Source: Octopus bimaculoides (lineage: Eukaryota). From it: a stretch of DNA of 64,000 nt. A program made the position numbers and the translations under genes. The notes beneath the pieces were generated by a model. It was not told the DNA's origin. It searched no databases and saw only the letters and a list, made by a program, of their open reading frames with translations. Shown here in pieces: positions 39,696 to 53,362 of this stretch. The DNA lies in NCBI RefSeq assembly GCF_001194135.2, contig NC_068989.1, forward strand, positions 48,861,932 through 48,925,931, written 5' to 3'. Positions within the stretch are counted from its first letter, which is position 1, and each line of letters starts with the position of its first letter.

Positions 39696-40474
39696 TACCT
39701 TCCTTTCCTTCCTTCCCTGAATATCTGCTAGTACTTTGCATGTACCATGTCTTCGCATTCTTGTTTTTTTCTTGTATTTGTTCTTTGTTTTTTTTATTTA
39801 CTATATGTGTGTGTGTGTGTGTGTGTGTGTGAAGAGAGAGAGAGAGAGAGAGAGAGATTTTAGCAACACAAACTTGTAAATACATCAATCTGAATGATTG
39901 CATACTTATAAATACACAAATCTTTAGAAATCACACAAACACATCAAATTTTTTTGCCTGAATGACCGTGTACATATTTCATCACTGTGTGAGTGTGTGT
40001 TTACAGGTATTTTGAAAATTTGCTCATGGAGGTGTTGACCATGCTCTTCTGCATAGTTACATGTTGCCCTTTGACAAGGTATAGCACCCATTCAACCACT
40101 CTGCCAGGACTGCAGCATGACAGATTGTGAAGAAGTAGTGGGAGAGCTCAACTTCTTACACTGATGCTTAGCAGAGGAATCCTAAAAGATTAAGAGTCAG
40201 GATTACCAAGCTCTATCAGTGCATCCATTGAGGGGGTGTCCATGTTTGTGCTATCAGCTAATGAAAGATTCACAATGACTCAAGTTCTGTTTTTCTGTCA
40301 CACTCTAACCTTTCATCATCTGATACATGATCACCTCCTCCAATGCCCCTTCCTCTATAGTAAGACACCGGTTTCCGTCACACTCAAACCTTTCATCATC
40401 TGACAGAAGATCCTCCACTCCAATGCCCCCGACCCCACTCAAAATTCCTTGTCTTTCAAGTTACTTGGTGACCC

Positions 40475-40790
40475 TACCAGTGCTGGAGCTATGTGAAAAG
40501 CATCCAGTCTACACTGTAAAGTGGTTGGCATTTGGAAGGGCATCCAGCTGTAAAAACCATGCCAAAACTGACCTCACCTGTGCTGGTGCCATGTATAAAG
40601 CACTCAGTTTGCTCTGTGGAGTGGTTGGTGTTAGGAAGTGCATTCAGCTGTAAAAACCCTGCCAAAATAGACACAGTAGCTTGGAGTAGTCTTCTACCTG
40701 GCCATCTCCAGGCAACTGTCCTACTCATGCATGCATGGAAGATGGATGTTAACCAATGACGATGATGATGATAGAGAGTCATGGGAATCT
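40475..40790 (+). mobile_element. RTE-type 3' tail with internal about 100-bp tandem duplication
   Basis: gtgctgg...gtggttgg...cagctgtaaaaacc repeated at 40480 and 40580; ends in (GAT)n. Confidence 0.7.
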
Positions 40791-41007
40791 GCGAAAGCAG
40801 TGTGACCAATATTACATTGCATACACATACCAATTTCCTTTTATGTGCACACAACAATTCATTTTATGCATGCAAACATTTTTATTTCGTATAATTTATA
40901 TTGTTTATATTGAGGAAAATATAGACACATGCTCAATCATATGTGTATCAACATTAGTCAAAAATGTTGACATGGGCAAAATTTCATATACATATTTTCA
41001 AGACAGG

Positions 41008-41123
<116 letters not shown>

Positions 41124-41420
41124 TCCGGTTTTGTTAAATATATACATATTAGACATACATATTGTTTGTATGTACATATACATATATATTTAACAAAACA
41201 GGAAACATTTTGGTATTATTCATCATTATGCATGTTTCATTTGCTAATAGGAATTACAAAGTTGTACATGTTAGATAGACATGTAAAGGAATTTCCTATT
41301 AGAAATTCTTCAGACATGCACACACACACACACATAGTTGAAATTTATAGAAAAGCAAAAAGACGAAGACAGGTGTTTGAACAAGTAAGTTAGTTTGATA
41401 CTTGGGAAAATGAAAAAAGT

Positions 41421-41456
41421 CTTTTATGTTTTGAGCCTATGCTCTTCAACAGAAAA
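41421..41456 (-). ncRNA. Degenerate minimal hammerhead-like motif in a Penelope-like remnant (about 41345-41480), homologous to 28599
   Basis: Reverse complement TTTT-CTGTTGA-A-GAGC(ATAG)GCTC-[A]AAA-CA-TA-AAAG. Confidence 0.55.
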
Positions 41457-41769
41457 GAATAAGAGAAAATAAACAGAGAGAGAATGAAAAAACTTGTAGA
41501 TTTAGTGGCTTAGCATGGCGAATATATATATATATATTTATATATATAACAGTTTAGCTAGGCGTAAATACACCTAGGGATATTATTTGTTTGTATAAGA
41601 TATTTAAATTGAATTGAATTTATAGATGTTCAATTTATTGTTTTGCTTTGTTTTTCGATTTGATTTACACAGACACACACACACACACACATATATATTT
41701 ACATATATATATATATATCAACATCACTATCAAAATCAAAATCAAATCAAATGAAAATTGTAGTGGCTT

Positions 41770-42028
41770 CTGCGCCAGTGGCATGTAAAAAGCACCATCC
41801 AATCAAGGTCAATGCCAGCTCCTCTGGCCCCTGTGCCGGTGACATGTAAAAAGCATCCATTACACTCTCGGAGTGGTTGGTGTTAGGAAAGGCATCCAGC
41901 TGGAGAAACACTGCCAGATCAGATTGGAAGCCTGGTGCAGCCTTCTGGCTTCCCAGACCCAGTCAAACTGTCCACCTCATGCCAGCATTGAAAATGGACG
42001 TTAAACGATGATGATGATGATGATGATA
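41770..42028 (+). mobile_element. RTE-type 3' tail with two UTR motif units
   Basis: Homologous to 21555-21816. Confidence 0.8.
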
Positions 42029-42289
42029 TATATATNNNNNNNNNNNNNNNNNNNNNNNNNNNNNNNNNNNNNNNNNNNNNNNNNNNNNNNNNNNNNNNNN
42101 NNNNNNNNNNNNNNNNNNNNNNNNTATATATATATATATATGTATGTATGTATGTACAGGTATGACTATATGATTGAGAAATTTGCAGCATTGGTGGATA
42201 AATGCCTACTACTATAATGTTGGGTTGACTAAAGCCTTGTGAGTAGCAGATAGAGATGGAAAGAAACCTATCAGGCTTTTATCACAGTT

Positions 42290-42720
42290 GGTAACTAAAA
42301 GTTACTCTCTCAGAGCAAAAGGCAGACAGTGTGATGTTTGTGAATGAAATGCAATCCAACATCATAGTGAGGCAAGAGCCCTGGATGCAGAATTGATAAA
42401 GACTAGAAAGAAAGAAATCTTGCATGCTCCATTGTAAATTTGCATAAATTACTAATTACAAATGTGCCATGGGAAAAGTTGGGCATAAGAGAAATCAGAT
42501 GTATTACACAAGAAAGACTATGCTGGTATGGACATATGATGTACATGGATGATGATGGCATGTAAAGAAGTGTCAATCAGTAAATGTGGATGAAGCTTGT
42601 AAAAGTGGGAAACTCACCAAGACATGTGATGAAGTAGTGAAAGCTGATCTCAAGACTTTGAACCTCATGGAGAAGATGACTAAGGGTGTGGATGAGTGGC
42701 AATATGTAGTACTTGAGAAA
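42290..42720 (+). mobile_element. Old RTE ORF C-terminal remnant
   Basis: SLRAKGRQCDVC, EKLGIREIRCITQERLCWYGHM, DEVVKADLKTLNL..EWQYVVLEK. Confidence 0.7.
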
Positions 42721-45119
42721 TCTTACTCATCTTGGTGTAACTGAGATTCAGGAAGCACAGTGTGTTTGAAAACACACATACATCTCAATATGTATATATA
42801 CATACAACTGGCCTCTTGCCTAATTTCTTCCTCAAGCCTTCCTATCACCCATCTCTATCACTGATCACTCTGAACTACAGTATTCAGATGCTGTAGTTAA
42901 ATGAAAGCAAGATTGTATATTTCATCACTATTTTCTGTGATACCAATTATCTTTCTCACTTCCCATAACCACTTCACCTGTTAAACGTTCTTCGTTCTTG
43001 CCGCTCTCCACTGACATTTTACATTGATCACCCTTTCTGTGTCTCTAAATTACCTCTCCACAATCACCATACATATCTTACTGCCCCTGTACACTAAATC
43101 TGCTTCTATCCTCACTCTCCTACAGCCTAATCACTCACACATCATCTTTCTCTCTCTGTCATCCTTCCTCCCATCTGTTGTATTAGTATTATTATTAGTA
43201 TTCTGTTGCTCTTCACCCCCTTCTGTACTCTCATCCACTCTTCAGTCCTATCTAATATCTGCAGACATCATCAACTCTTTCATACCTTCCTGTCAAACAC
43301 TTTGTTCTTCATTTATCATATTTGTCCCTTCCACCATTCCCCAGACATCTAATACACATGCCTGCAACTTCTACTCACCCACACCTCCTGTGCTTCTGTC
43401 ACCACTAATTTATATTCATCTTCTTGTACCATGAGGGTCCACCCTAACATGAGAGAGAGGGGGAAGTGGAGAAAGAGAAAGAGAGACTCTTGTATGTAGG
43501 AATATTTCATTCGTACAAGAATCAATAGATACAACAGTAGTATCAACAAATATACTTCACATTCATGGCATAAATCTATTAATATGCTCATAATACACCC
43601 AAAACAACTATGTCATATATATATAGATATATACATATGTGTACATGATATAAATTTTAATAACATATTTGATAATACAAAGCGTACACAATACAGAATG
43701 TGATGTTTTAACAAAAAACAAAAATTACAAAAAAAAACAGATACAAATGAAACCATTGTGACAATAACATATATATGTGAACACACATCAATATGATGTG
43801 TATACATTTTGTATTTACATGTGTGTATACATACATATGCATTTTCATAAATTTAAATAGAAATTTACATACATCCATATATACTTGCACATACACACAT
43901 ATATGCATACACATACACACACATATGCATGTATACATACAGACAATACTCATATACGTATTTCATAATTCCAATTGAATATTTGCAGGTTTATATGTAT
44001 ACATATAAACACACATGCTTAAGTGTATTTGTATATATATATGTGAATAGATATACATGCACACAAACTCATTTAGTTATGAATTCATAACATTCGATAG
44101 GAAATATCAAATGAATAATTGAAAAAGTGAACAATACATTCGAGCCTCACACCCCCTTAATAACTGGCTCTCAGCCAATGTTACCACAATAGCGCCTTGG
44201 ATTCATGCAAATGTTACATGGTAAAATAATCTGTATACTTTCACTGCGCTTTCCACCTGCACAACATTCAAACACACTAATTTCAATCTACTTCAAATCT
44301 TAATATGAAATAGGAGAGAAATCAGAATAGCTAAGTCTGTTCTATACTCAGCAGTCAGCAAGTCTGAAGAATTTAATCTATTTTAGCTGCCTGGTGAGTG
44401 CCATACAGCAACAATGTGCTTTTGGTATGATGGGTTTGTAGCTTGGATTCAATTTGCATCACCTTGATTGTGCTATCAATGAGAAGAGCATGAATATTGC
44501 ACAAATCCACTCCATAACCTTTATATATTTAATGTTTGCAGTCTGTTTGTTTGACTAGTCTGCATGATTCAGCTGTCCAGTGATGTCCAAGCTTATTTCT
44601 TCAAAGTTTTTCATCCATCAGTCGCTTAAAATACAAAAGCAGTGAGTTAGATGGCTTAGATGGCAAAACACTGTACTGGATGATTTTCTGTAACAAAAAC
44701 TATTCCAAGTTCAAATCATGCAAGGGATAACTTTAACTTTCAATCCTCAATTAAGTGTCATGAAAATAAATACCAATGATATCTTACACTAATTCAATTT
44801 ATTGTACCATCTCCTTTACGAAACTGAGCCCAGTCAAAATAAATTTGTTATATAAAATACAGATGGGCAGTAAATTGGCCAAAATGGTAAATCACCCATG
44901 TAAACTTTGAGTTTATTTCTCAACATTTTGATTTCAAAGCTTGCTGACAGCTTTGTTTGTTAACTCTCTCTCTCTCTCGTTCTGGCACTGGGGAAACAAG
45001 TACCAGTAATAAAATAGTCGATTTAATTAACTCCAACAAAAATTGATGCTCAAGAAGGCCTGTCCTCCACAGCAGAAGTGTTAAGGCCATCTCCTCTGGT
45101 AAAGGGGATTGGTCAGCAA

Positions 45120-45355
45120 GAATCCGATGCTAGTGCCACATAAGCACTTGTGCCAGTGCCATGTAAATGTGCTTGTACTCGTGGCATATTAAAAGCACCT
45201 AACACACACTGTAAAGTAGTTGGTGTTAGGAAGGGCATACAGCCATAGTAATCAAGCCAAATCAGAATGGAACCTGGTTGCCAGATCTGGTCAAACTGTC
45301 TAACCCATACCAGCATGGAAAATGGATGATAAAGGATGATGAGGATGATGATGAT
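45120..45355 (-). mobile_element. RTE-type 3' tail
   Basis: Reverse complement of 1-233 type with UTR motif repeats; (ATC)n end on the minus strand is not seen, but the plus strand reads gtagttggtgttaggaagggcatacagc...atgatgaggatgatgatg, so orientation is taken from that reading (see plus-strand homology to 1-233). Confidence 0.4.
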
Positions 45356-46150
45356 ATTTGTTGACTCAGAACTCAAGAGAAATCATTGCATAAAATACAT
45401 GGGACAATATTATAGAAATCAATATTGCACTTCAATAAAAAGAATAGATACATACTACTTCTTTATAGAAATCCCCTACTTTAAAATGGGCCAGACATTG
45501 CATGGAAATACAGTTATATGCTAAATGCACCATCTAATCAATTTCTGTACTTTAGTTACAATACCTGCTACAATCACTACACTCAAATCTTTCTGTTACT
45601 CTTTCCAGCTTCCAGACAAGATAGAAAAATAACTTAACTTTAGTCATCTAATCTGCCAACATAACAGAATTGATAGTAGATAAGCATTTTGATAAATTAT
45701 TAAAAGTATTCTTTGCTTGTCCATTATTGCAGAGACTTCTGGAGTATGACAAAATCTCCTTTGATTAATTAAATTTTCATAAATAAACTTCTAGAAGTTA
45801 GTTTTTCTTCACTTTTGTAAGTAAATGTGCATGTGAATAAATGTGTATGCATGCATGCATACACACACACATATCAGTGAGTGTGCATGAAAGCAAAATA
45901 TGTGTGTGTATAAAGGAGTAGGAATAAATGAGCATGATTTAAAAAAAAAATTTTATACATATTTTTTATGTACTATAGGGTACACCATATGAAGTTGTTT
46001 AGCCATCATGTGATGTGAAATATCTTTTACTAATTTCTCATGTATGAAGGTGATCACATGGCCTCCAAACAGAATGCCCTATAAAATTGCAACTGGTGAG
46101 GCCAATCTCCCATTTTCTGTCCACAGGGAAATTAGAAGAACAGAACTCAC

Positions 46151-46196
46151 TTGCTTACATTTGTGCAGCGTGTTTGATGACACATCAGAGATATAA
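46151..46196 (-). CDS. Candidate 46-nt exon (x-YISDVSSNTLHKCKQ) of the same minus-strand gene
   Basis: Strong acceptor ttattttatttttgtttttag| and donor CAA|gtgagt. Open in the phase-2 frame required by the 54031-54104 exon. Confidence 0.5.
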
Positions 46197-46339
46197 CTAA
46201 AAACAAAAATAAAATAACTTGTATTGCATGACAGAGTATACTGTATAATACATCTCTATTATCTGAAATAAACTTAGTGCATCTATCATTAATTACCGAA
46301 TACATGTAAATATTTCTGTTCTGCAATATCTGCATTCAT

Positions 46340-46385
<46 letters not shown>

Positions 46386-46534
46386 AAACATGCAATTGCC
46401 AATGTATGTGGTTGTTTCTGCAATATGCATATATCAATATCTGTGTGTTTAAATAGAAATAAATATACGGTCAGGTCAGATATAGAGGTATGCACCATTG
46501 CAGCACTTTGTTGCATCCTCCATTTGTCAATATA

Positions 46535-46735
46535 TACTGGCAGAATTGTTAGCATGCCAGGCGAAATGCTTAGTGGTATTTCATCTGTCTTTATGTTCTG
46601 AGTTCAAATTCTGCCGAAGTTGACTTTGTCTTTCATTCTTTTGGGGCCGATAAGATAAGTACCAGGTGGGGTTGTAACTGATTCTTCCCCTCCTCCAAAA
46701 TTGCTGCCCTTGTGGCAAAATTTAAAACCAATATT
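46535..46735 (+). mobile_element. (ATT)n-associated tRNA SINE truncating the mariner
   Basis: tggcagaattgttagc...gagttcaaattctgcc...tttaaaaccaatatt. Confidence 0.75.
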
Positions 46736-47340
46736 GGGTTTAATGGTTCAAAGTGGACTAAACCTTTCATATCCCACCAAACAGATAACAACACCTGATG
46801 TGGGTGAAGACCTGTTGCCTGGGTGCTGGTGTCTCTCCTTTCCCTACCCACTGTCTTCAGGGTTTGACATTAGAGAACCCAATTCTCATTACTATTCAGT
46901 CAAAAAAAGATTCATTCATGAGACGTGACATCAAGGAAGAATACACATTCACTCTCTGTGCACAATTAGACTCAGAAAGTTTAAGAGGAACCCATTGATC
47001 CAATCTGCTGACTTTTCCGATGGCATGCAGGTGTTGATGAATGGTTGAATGACCAAATCCAAGATTCTCTGCTAGTTCCTCAATAGTTACGATGAGATTT
47101 TGTTCCACCAGGGTTTGCAGGATATCCTCGTCAAGCTCAACAGATCTTTCAGGATGAGGCTCATCTTCTAGGCTGCAGTTTCCAACTTGGAATTTCTGAA
47201 ACCACTGTTGACACTGGCTTACGCTTATTGTCTGATCCCTATATACTGCATTAATATTCCTTGCACTTTCCATTGCATTGTTTTTATTGAAGTCATAAAG
47301 ATATTAAAACATGCCAAATATGCTCCTATGTCACATCCAT
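46733..47340 (-). mobile_element. Mariner transposase pseudogene (N-terminal HTH to start of DDD domain), truncated
   Basis: ATG at 47340 (MDVT*EHIWH), ESARNINAVY..QWFQKF..LEDEPH, WVPLKLS (WVPHEL motif), LHPHQVLLSVWWDMKG. The GDEKW region is deleted; the left TIR would lie in the N-gap. Confidence 0.9.
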
Positions 47341-47467
47341 TATGGTTTTGANNNNNNNNNNNNNNNNNNNNNNNNNNNNNNNNNNNNNNNNNNNNNNNNN
47401 NNNNNNNNNNNNNNNNNNNNNNNNNNNNNNNNNNNNNNNNNNNNNNNNNNNTATATATATATATATA

Positions 47468-47730
47468 GGGTGTTGCACTCCTGATTGTGAGATTGTGATT
47501 TCAGTTACTGGACTGGGTGGTATGTTGTGTTCTTGAGCAAAACAACTTCATCTCACATTGCTCTGAGATCACTTTGACACCTGACACATGGTGCACTGTG
47601 CAGCTGTTCAGATAACATTAATTTGAGAGAAGGAGGAAGTGAGCTAATGTACAGTACACCTGTTTGTTCACTATAAGCAAAACATTTGTGCAGGTTGCTT
47701 AGCAAGAAATTGCAGAACTGTCTTTCTGAG
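47468..47730 (+). mobile_element. tRNA/CORE-like SINE related in head to 11657 but with a different tail
   Basis: gggtgttgcactcctgattg...ttgtgttcttgagcaaaacaacttc. Confidence 0.55.
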
Positions 47731-48518
47731 ACTATGAGACACTATCGTCATCATACACACACACACATATATATATATATATATGAGGATTACTTTTAGC
47801 TTATTTCTTACTAAATAGGTTGATAATTTAATATGATATACCATAGATTTGTTGCCTCTAAAAATTAATATTTAAAATTGCAAGTAGCCTGATCAGGCAA
47901 ACCTATGTATATTTCAGTTTCGATGCAACACAGTATTCTTACTAAATATATCTTTTTCAATGTGGTCAGTTTCTCTCTCCATTATTGATATTTAAATAAT
48001 GCACCTGTTATTAAATAATGTAAATTTTCAATATAGTCTGGTGGTCTGCATGTAAATAATTAATCTGCTATTTTTAATCAAACTAGTTTACGTTGCAACG
48101 CTAATTAATGCATTCCCCCCCCCCCNNNNNNNNNNNNNNNNNNCCATCTAACCAGTTCAGCTGTACTATTAATCTATAGTTAATTTTACTTTGGCTATCT
48201 GATTTCATATTGCCAATTAATATCTTTGCTACAATCTAACCAGTTCATCAAGTATTACTGCATAATATACATGTATTTTCATTCATTTACCTGAATTAGT
48301 AATTAAAGTAAGAAAATGGAGTTAGCAGAAGTAGTAGAGTGTTAGTTAGCCTAGACACTTTACAGTAGCTTGTTTAGTACCTCACTGTTTTTGAGTTCAA
48401 ATCAACATTATGATACATTCTTCTTAGATAAAGGTTAAAAACATTGGTACCAAGATCAAAAATGATTGAGTTAATTCCACTCTCAGATAAAATCAAGTTT
48501 TAGACTTTTAGTCTAAAC

Positions 48519-48857
48519 CAGGGTTTGTCAAACATTTTTTACCTATGGACCCCTTTGATTGCTATTTTATTCTGGTGGACCCCTCCATAGTCATTTGCTG
48601 TTTAAAAACTAGTTTTAAGAAACTCTTTTCAAAATTCCTAATTTGTTTTTCACACATTAACTTGTGTTGGTTGAGCTATGTAAAATGCAAGAGAAAGAAT
48701 CCTTGCTGTTTCTTACAATATGTACATCTAGAGCAAAATTTCTTCAGGGGCTCTTAAAATATTATTGTGGATCCCCAGTTTACTATTTTGTTGTGCAGAC
48801 CCCTAAAATCTTATATAGACCCTCAGGGGCCATATGGACCCTGCTTCAGAACCACTG
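48519..48857. mobile_element. hAT MITE (339 bp)
   Basis: TSD gtctaaac/gtctagac (7/8); termini cagggtttgtcaa / ttcagaaccactg; homologous to 19520. Confidence 0.8.
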
Positions 48858-49657
48858 GTCTAGACAAATAAATAGCTACAACAGAATGTAACATATGGCA
48901 GAGAGAGACAAAGAAAATCACTGAAAATTGTGAAGTTAGATCTCAGAATGTTTGATCTCTCAGATTAACTGGAGATTGTATATCCCAATGTTAATATGTA
49001 TAAATAGGTGTTAAATCATGTAGATAATTTAATCTTATACATCCTATTTTATATGTAACATAACTATCCTTTAATGTAAGTATTGTAGTTTGTTATCACA
49101 CAGAGTATAGTAAAGGGAACATATACAAGCTCATCTAATATTTTTTTTAGTAACCAGTGAAAAACTATCAGAGGAAATGAAGTGGACAAATAAGAGTTAA
49201 TAGAACATTATTTTAGTTTTACATTGTAAGGACGATTTAGAGTGTTCAATATTCTGGGCAGTACTCCTTTATTGAGAAAAGGGAAAAAAGAAAACCATTT
49301 TTTTTAAGAAGAGCAATATAGATGTTTTGAATAACATCAAACTGTAAAACTAATAACTATATATATAAACACACATCCATATACAAATATAGATATATAG
49401 GGATGTATGATGTGTGTATGGCATATAGTCCACCATTTTTTTTCTGCTTGTGTTATTTTGCCCTCAATGCTTTTTCAGTGGATTACCTATCACAGTGACA
49501 CAGGTAACTCTGTAGGTTATCAGATTACACTGGATCTATTATTATCATAGTTCTAATTTCACTATTATGAGTATTTCAAAATAGCCAGCTTACATTGATA
49601 TTACTAATGTATTTCTGTTTTCATTCAATCAACTAGAAGAATGCTAATGCTATTTAC

Positions 49658-49738
49658 TTCACGGATAAATAACACAACTGTATTAAATGCAGACATCCTC
49701 TGAAAAGTTCAAAACTCCACGACACATACATGAAAAGT
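49658..49738 (-). CDS. Candidate symmetric 81-nt exon (x-LFMYVSWSFELFRGCLHLIQLCYLSV-x)
   Basis: Acceptor gtgattttctatttcag|A and weaker donor AA|gtaaat. Open only in the phase-2 frame matching the flanking candidate exons. Confidence 0.33.
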
Positions 49739-50750
49739 CTGAAATAGAAAATCACAATCAGAGTATTGCCAAGATTTAAAATATATCTGACTTCTTCTTT
49801 AATGCATCAACAAAGCTGTGTTAGCTGGTAAGTTCTTAAGACTTTATACAATACCATTTTCATATTTGAAAGCCACAACTGTAAATTCTAGCATGCACAT
49901 TTTACCTTAACACTGCCTCTTCTAATAAAACTGACATAGATCTTTCTGCAAACTGTTGATCATGCTCCTACTTTGTCTGCGATCGCTCATTTAACTCATC
50001 TCTTTGATTTTAATCATAATAATTTATGATGTTTCCCAGTCTCTTTGATCCTTGCACAAAATGTTTCTCAGAAACATTCCCCTACCTTAAAAACTGTAAG
50101 CTACTCCCTATGCATACTCTTATATCATTATCTTATTGCTAACCTTCTTCAGTTTGAAAGGAAGCCTCAAGTACTTGTGATTAACAATATAATAAAAATA
50201 ATCTTCTTCTTAACATTTTCCCAATGAAACAAAAACCAGGTTACATACTCCCCTTCAACTACCATAGAATAAACTAGTAATTTGCCTATTTCACTATCAT
50301 TCATTTAGTGTGCTTATTTCAATATATCTTTCAAATAATTTGCTTATTAAACTTCATATTAATAAATTGATAATTCTACTAAATATCTCATTGTAATAAG
50401 TTCAGTTACACTAATCTGTCTATTCCATATATAAAGACTTGCTAACCTGTACTAACATTAGTACACTGTTATTATCAGATGAAGAATGGTTGGAAAACAT
50501 ACAATTGAGATATAGAAAATTCTTTCATTCAATTATATAACCAGTACAGAATTACCAAATCTGGCAACAGATCTTTAATGAAGCCATTTAAAATAAATGA
50601 AGTTCCTTATAGAATGAAGATCAAAGTTGAAAATACTGTTACCAAGAGAGAATACCAAACTAAGATAAAATATTAACATATTGCAGACACACCTGCAAGT
50701 ATGTATGTGTGTGTGTGGCAGTACATATGTATACACACACACACACTTAA

Positions 50751-50933
50751 CCCTCATTTCTGTCTGATTAATTTTTACTGAGGTCTACTACTATCTGTTT
50801 GAATACTTATGTGAAACTTTATAAATTCATAGTCTATATGTACACATATTTCCAATGTAAATAGACTATGAAATAATGATAAGGTTTCACATAAGTATTC
50901 AAACAGTAACAATTAATCAGACAGAAATGAAGA
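50751..50933. mobile_element. Foldback (palindromic) TTAA-flanked MITE, 183 bp
   Basis: TTAA at 50747-50750 and 50934-50937; arm pairs 50751-50773/50911-50933 (21/23), 50795-50822/50879-50906 (27/28), 50826-50837/50861-50872 (12/12). Confidence 0.8.
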
Positions 50934-51057
50934 TTAAGTAAGAGATCATGTGATACTAAACACACACACACAACAGGTTCTACAAATATTTCCACATGTG
51001 CCTGTGCATACTCAGCTTCTTAATGTTTTCATATGCATAAACATACATGTATGTGCA

Positions 51058-51161
<104 letters not shown>

Positions 51162-51410
51162 TGTGTATTATATGTATGAGAACTAATATAGGAAAGAAGT
51201 TGATACATATGAATGGTGAGCATATAACTTTTATTTTCAATGAGCATCCAATATCTTACATATGTTTCATACCTAGCAATTTTTCTGAGGAGTTATACAT
51301 TTAATACAGTGGGCTGTATATGCAAAGACAAGCTCAAACATACATACATGCACCTACATGTATATGCACACACATAATTAGAAAATATGTTTACCAGACT
51401 GTAACTTGAA

Positions 51411-52099
51411 AGTTTCAGTACTAGTAGCTTATCAGACAGATTTGTAGTACTAGTAGTTTCAGTACTAGTAGCTTATCAGACAGATTTGTAGTACTAGTAG
51501 TTTCAGTACTAGTAGCTTATCAGACAGATTTGTAGTACTAGTAGTTTCAGTACTAGTAGCTTATCAGACAGATTTGTAGTANNNNNNNNNNNNNNNNNNN
51601 NNNNNNNNNNNNNNNNNNNNNNNNNNNNNNNNNNNNNNNNNNNNNNNNNNNNNNNNNNNNNNNNNNNNNNNNNNNNNNNNNNNNNNNNNNNNNNNNNNNN
51701 NNNNNNNNNNNNNNNNNNNNNNNNNNNNNNNNNNNNNNNNNNNNNNNNNNNNNNNNNNNNNNNNNNNNNNNNNNNNNNNNNNNNNNNNNNNNNNNNNNNN
51801 NNNNNNNNNNNNNNNNNNNNNNNNNNNNNNNNNNNNNNNNNNNNNNNNNNNNNNNNNNNNNNNNNNNNNNNNNNNNNNNNNNNNNNNNNNNNNNNNNNNN
51901 NNNNNNNNNNNNNCAGATTTGTAGTACTAGTAGTTTCAGTACTAGTAGCTTATCAGACAGATTTGTAGTACTAGTAGTTTCAGTACTAGTAGCTTATCAG
52001 ACAGATTTGTAGTACTAGTAGTTTCAGTACTAGTAGCTTATCAGACAGATTTGTAGTACTAGTAGTTTCAGTACTAGTAGCTTACCAAACAGATTTGTA
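51411..52099. repeat. Near-perfect 44-bp minisatellite spanning an N-gap
   Basis: Unit agtttcagtactagtagcttatcagacagatttgtagtactagt at 51411, 51455, 51499, 51543 and 51932, 51976, 52020, 52064 (last one variant). Confidence 0.95.
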
Positions 52100-53114
52100 T
52101 GCTGTGCTGATGATACTGTATAATCACAATCACTGTATTTCTTTTTAATATGATATTTAAACACTACTCATATACTGTGTTCTTCTTTGGTGGTTGTCAC
52201 TTATTTTTAGTCTTATCTATTAAAAATACTATCATATATTTTCAGTAGTTCATATATCCAAAAAAGAAGCACACTTTAAAGTATTAGAGCAGTAACATAT
52301 CTTCTAAATGTTATGACTGGTTGGCCGGTCATAGTGTGACCATTGGTTTCACACCTATAAAGCACTTAGCAGTATAGGTGACTTGCCAGAATGACTCATC
52401 TATACTGCTAACTTTCTAACACACACACACACACACACATATGTATTAAGTACATGTTTACATGTACTTAATCATAGAAATTGTCAACAGTTTTGACATC
52501 AGCTTTCCATGCTGGCCTGATTTAAATGGTTTGCCATGAGCTTAAGTACTTCTTATTTTGAGTTACTGTCCTTCTAGATGGGTCAGAGAACCAAATGTGA
52601 CTCATACATTTCATATTTCTCATGGTTTCTATGGCTGGTATGACCTTCAAACAACTTCTTTAAAGAATGTACTGTGTGCAGTTTATCATAGTGGTACTAC
52701 TAGAGTATTTGTCATGTTCTTGTCAGAACTAAAGAGCCAACTTGAGCACACACACATGCATGCACTTATTAGATGTTGAGAATATTATTGTATTACATTA
52801 AATTCAATATGATTCATTACAAATGACCATATGTTTCACTCTATACAAGCTTTTCAAATGAATGAAATATTAGTTCCAATGATGGAATATAAAACTAAAT
52901 ATGGGAGAGGATGTATGAGTACTTGGATTTTCTAAATATAGAAAATGCACATATGCTCAGACATAACATTCCCTAAGCTAAACTGATACTTCATTCATCT
53001 AAAAAGTTATTATATATCAAAATATATAGCAATCTGCAACAAATCACATTTATTTTAGTGTAATATACCAACCTACCAACCTACATACATGCATACATAC
53101 AAACACACACACAC

Positions 53115-53155
<41 letters not shown>

Positions 53156-53327
53156 NNNNNNNNNNNNNNNNNNNNNNNNNNNNNNNNNNNNNNNNNNNNN
53201 NNNNNNNNNNNNNNNNNNNNNNNNNNNNNNNNNNNNNNNNNNNNNNNNNNNNNNNNNNNNNNNNNNNNNNNNNNNNNNNNNNNNNNNNNNNNNNNNNNNN
53301 NNNNNNNNNNNNNNNNNNNNNNNNNNN

Positions 53328-53362
<35 letters not shown>

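Noticed and set aside
49479-49503. Plus-strand 25-nt micro-exon-like signal (tttttcag|...CAG|gtaact)
   Set aside because: Isolated, not a multiple of 3, and no other supported plus-strand exons; could be chance.
51411-52099. CRISPR-like appearance of the 44-bp and 38-bp arrays
   Set aside because: The intervening sequences are identical or homologous rather than unique spacers; no cas genes; eukaryotic context.
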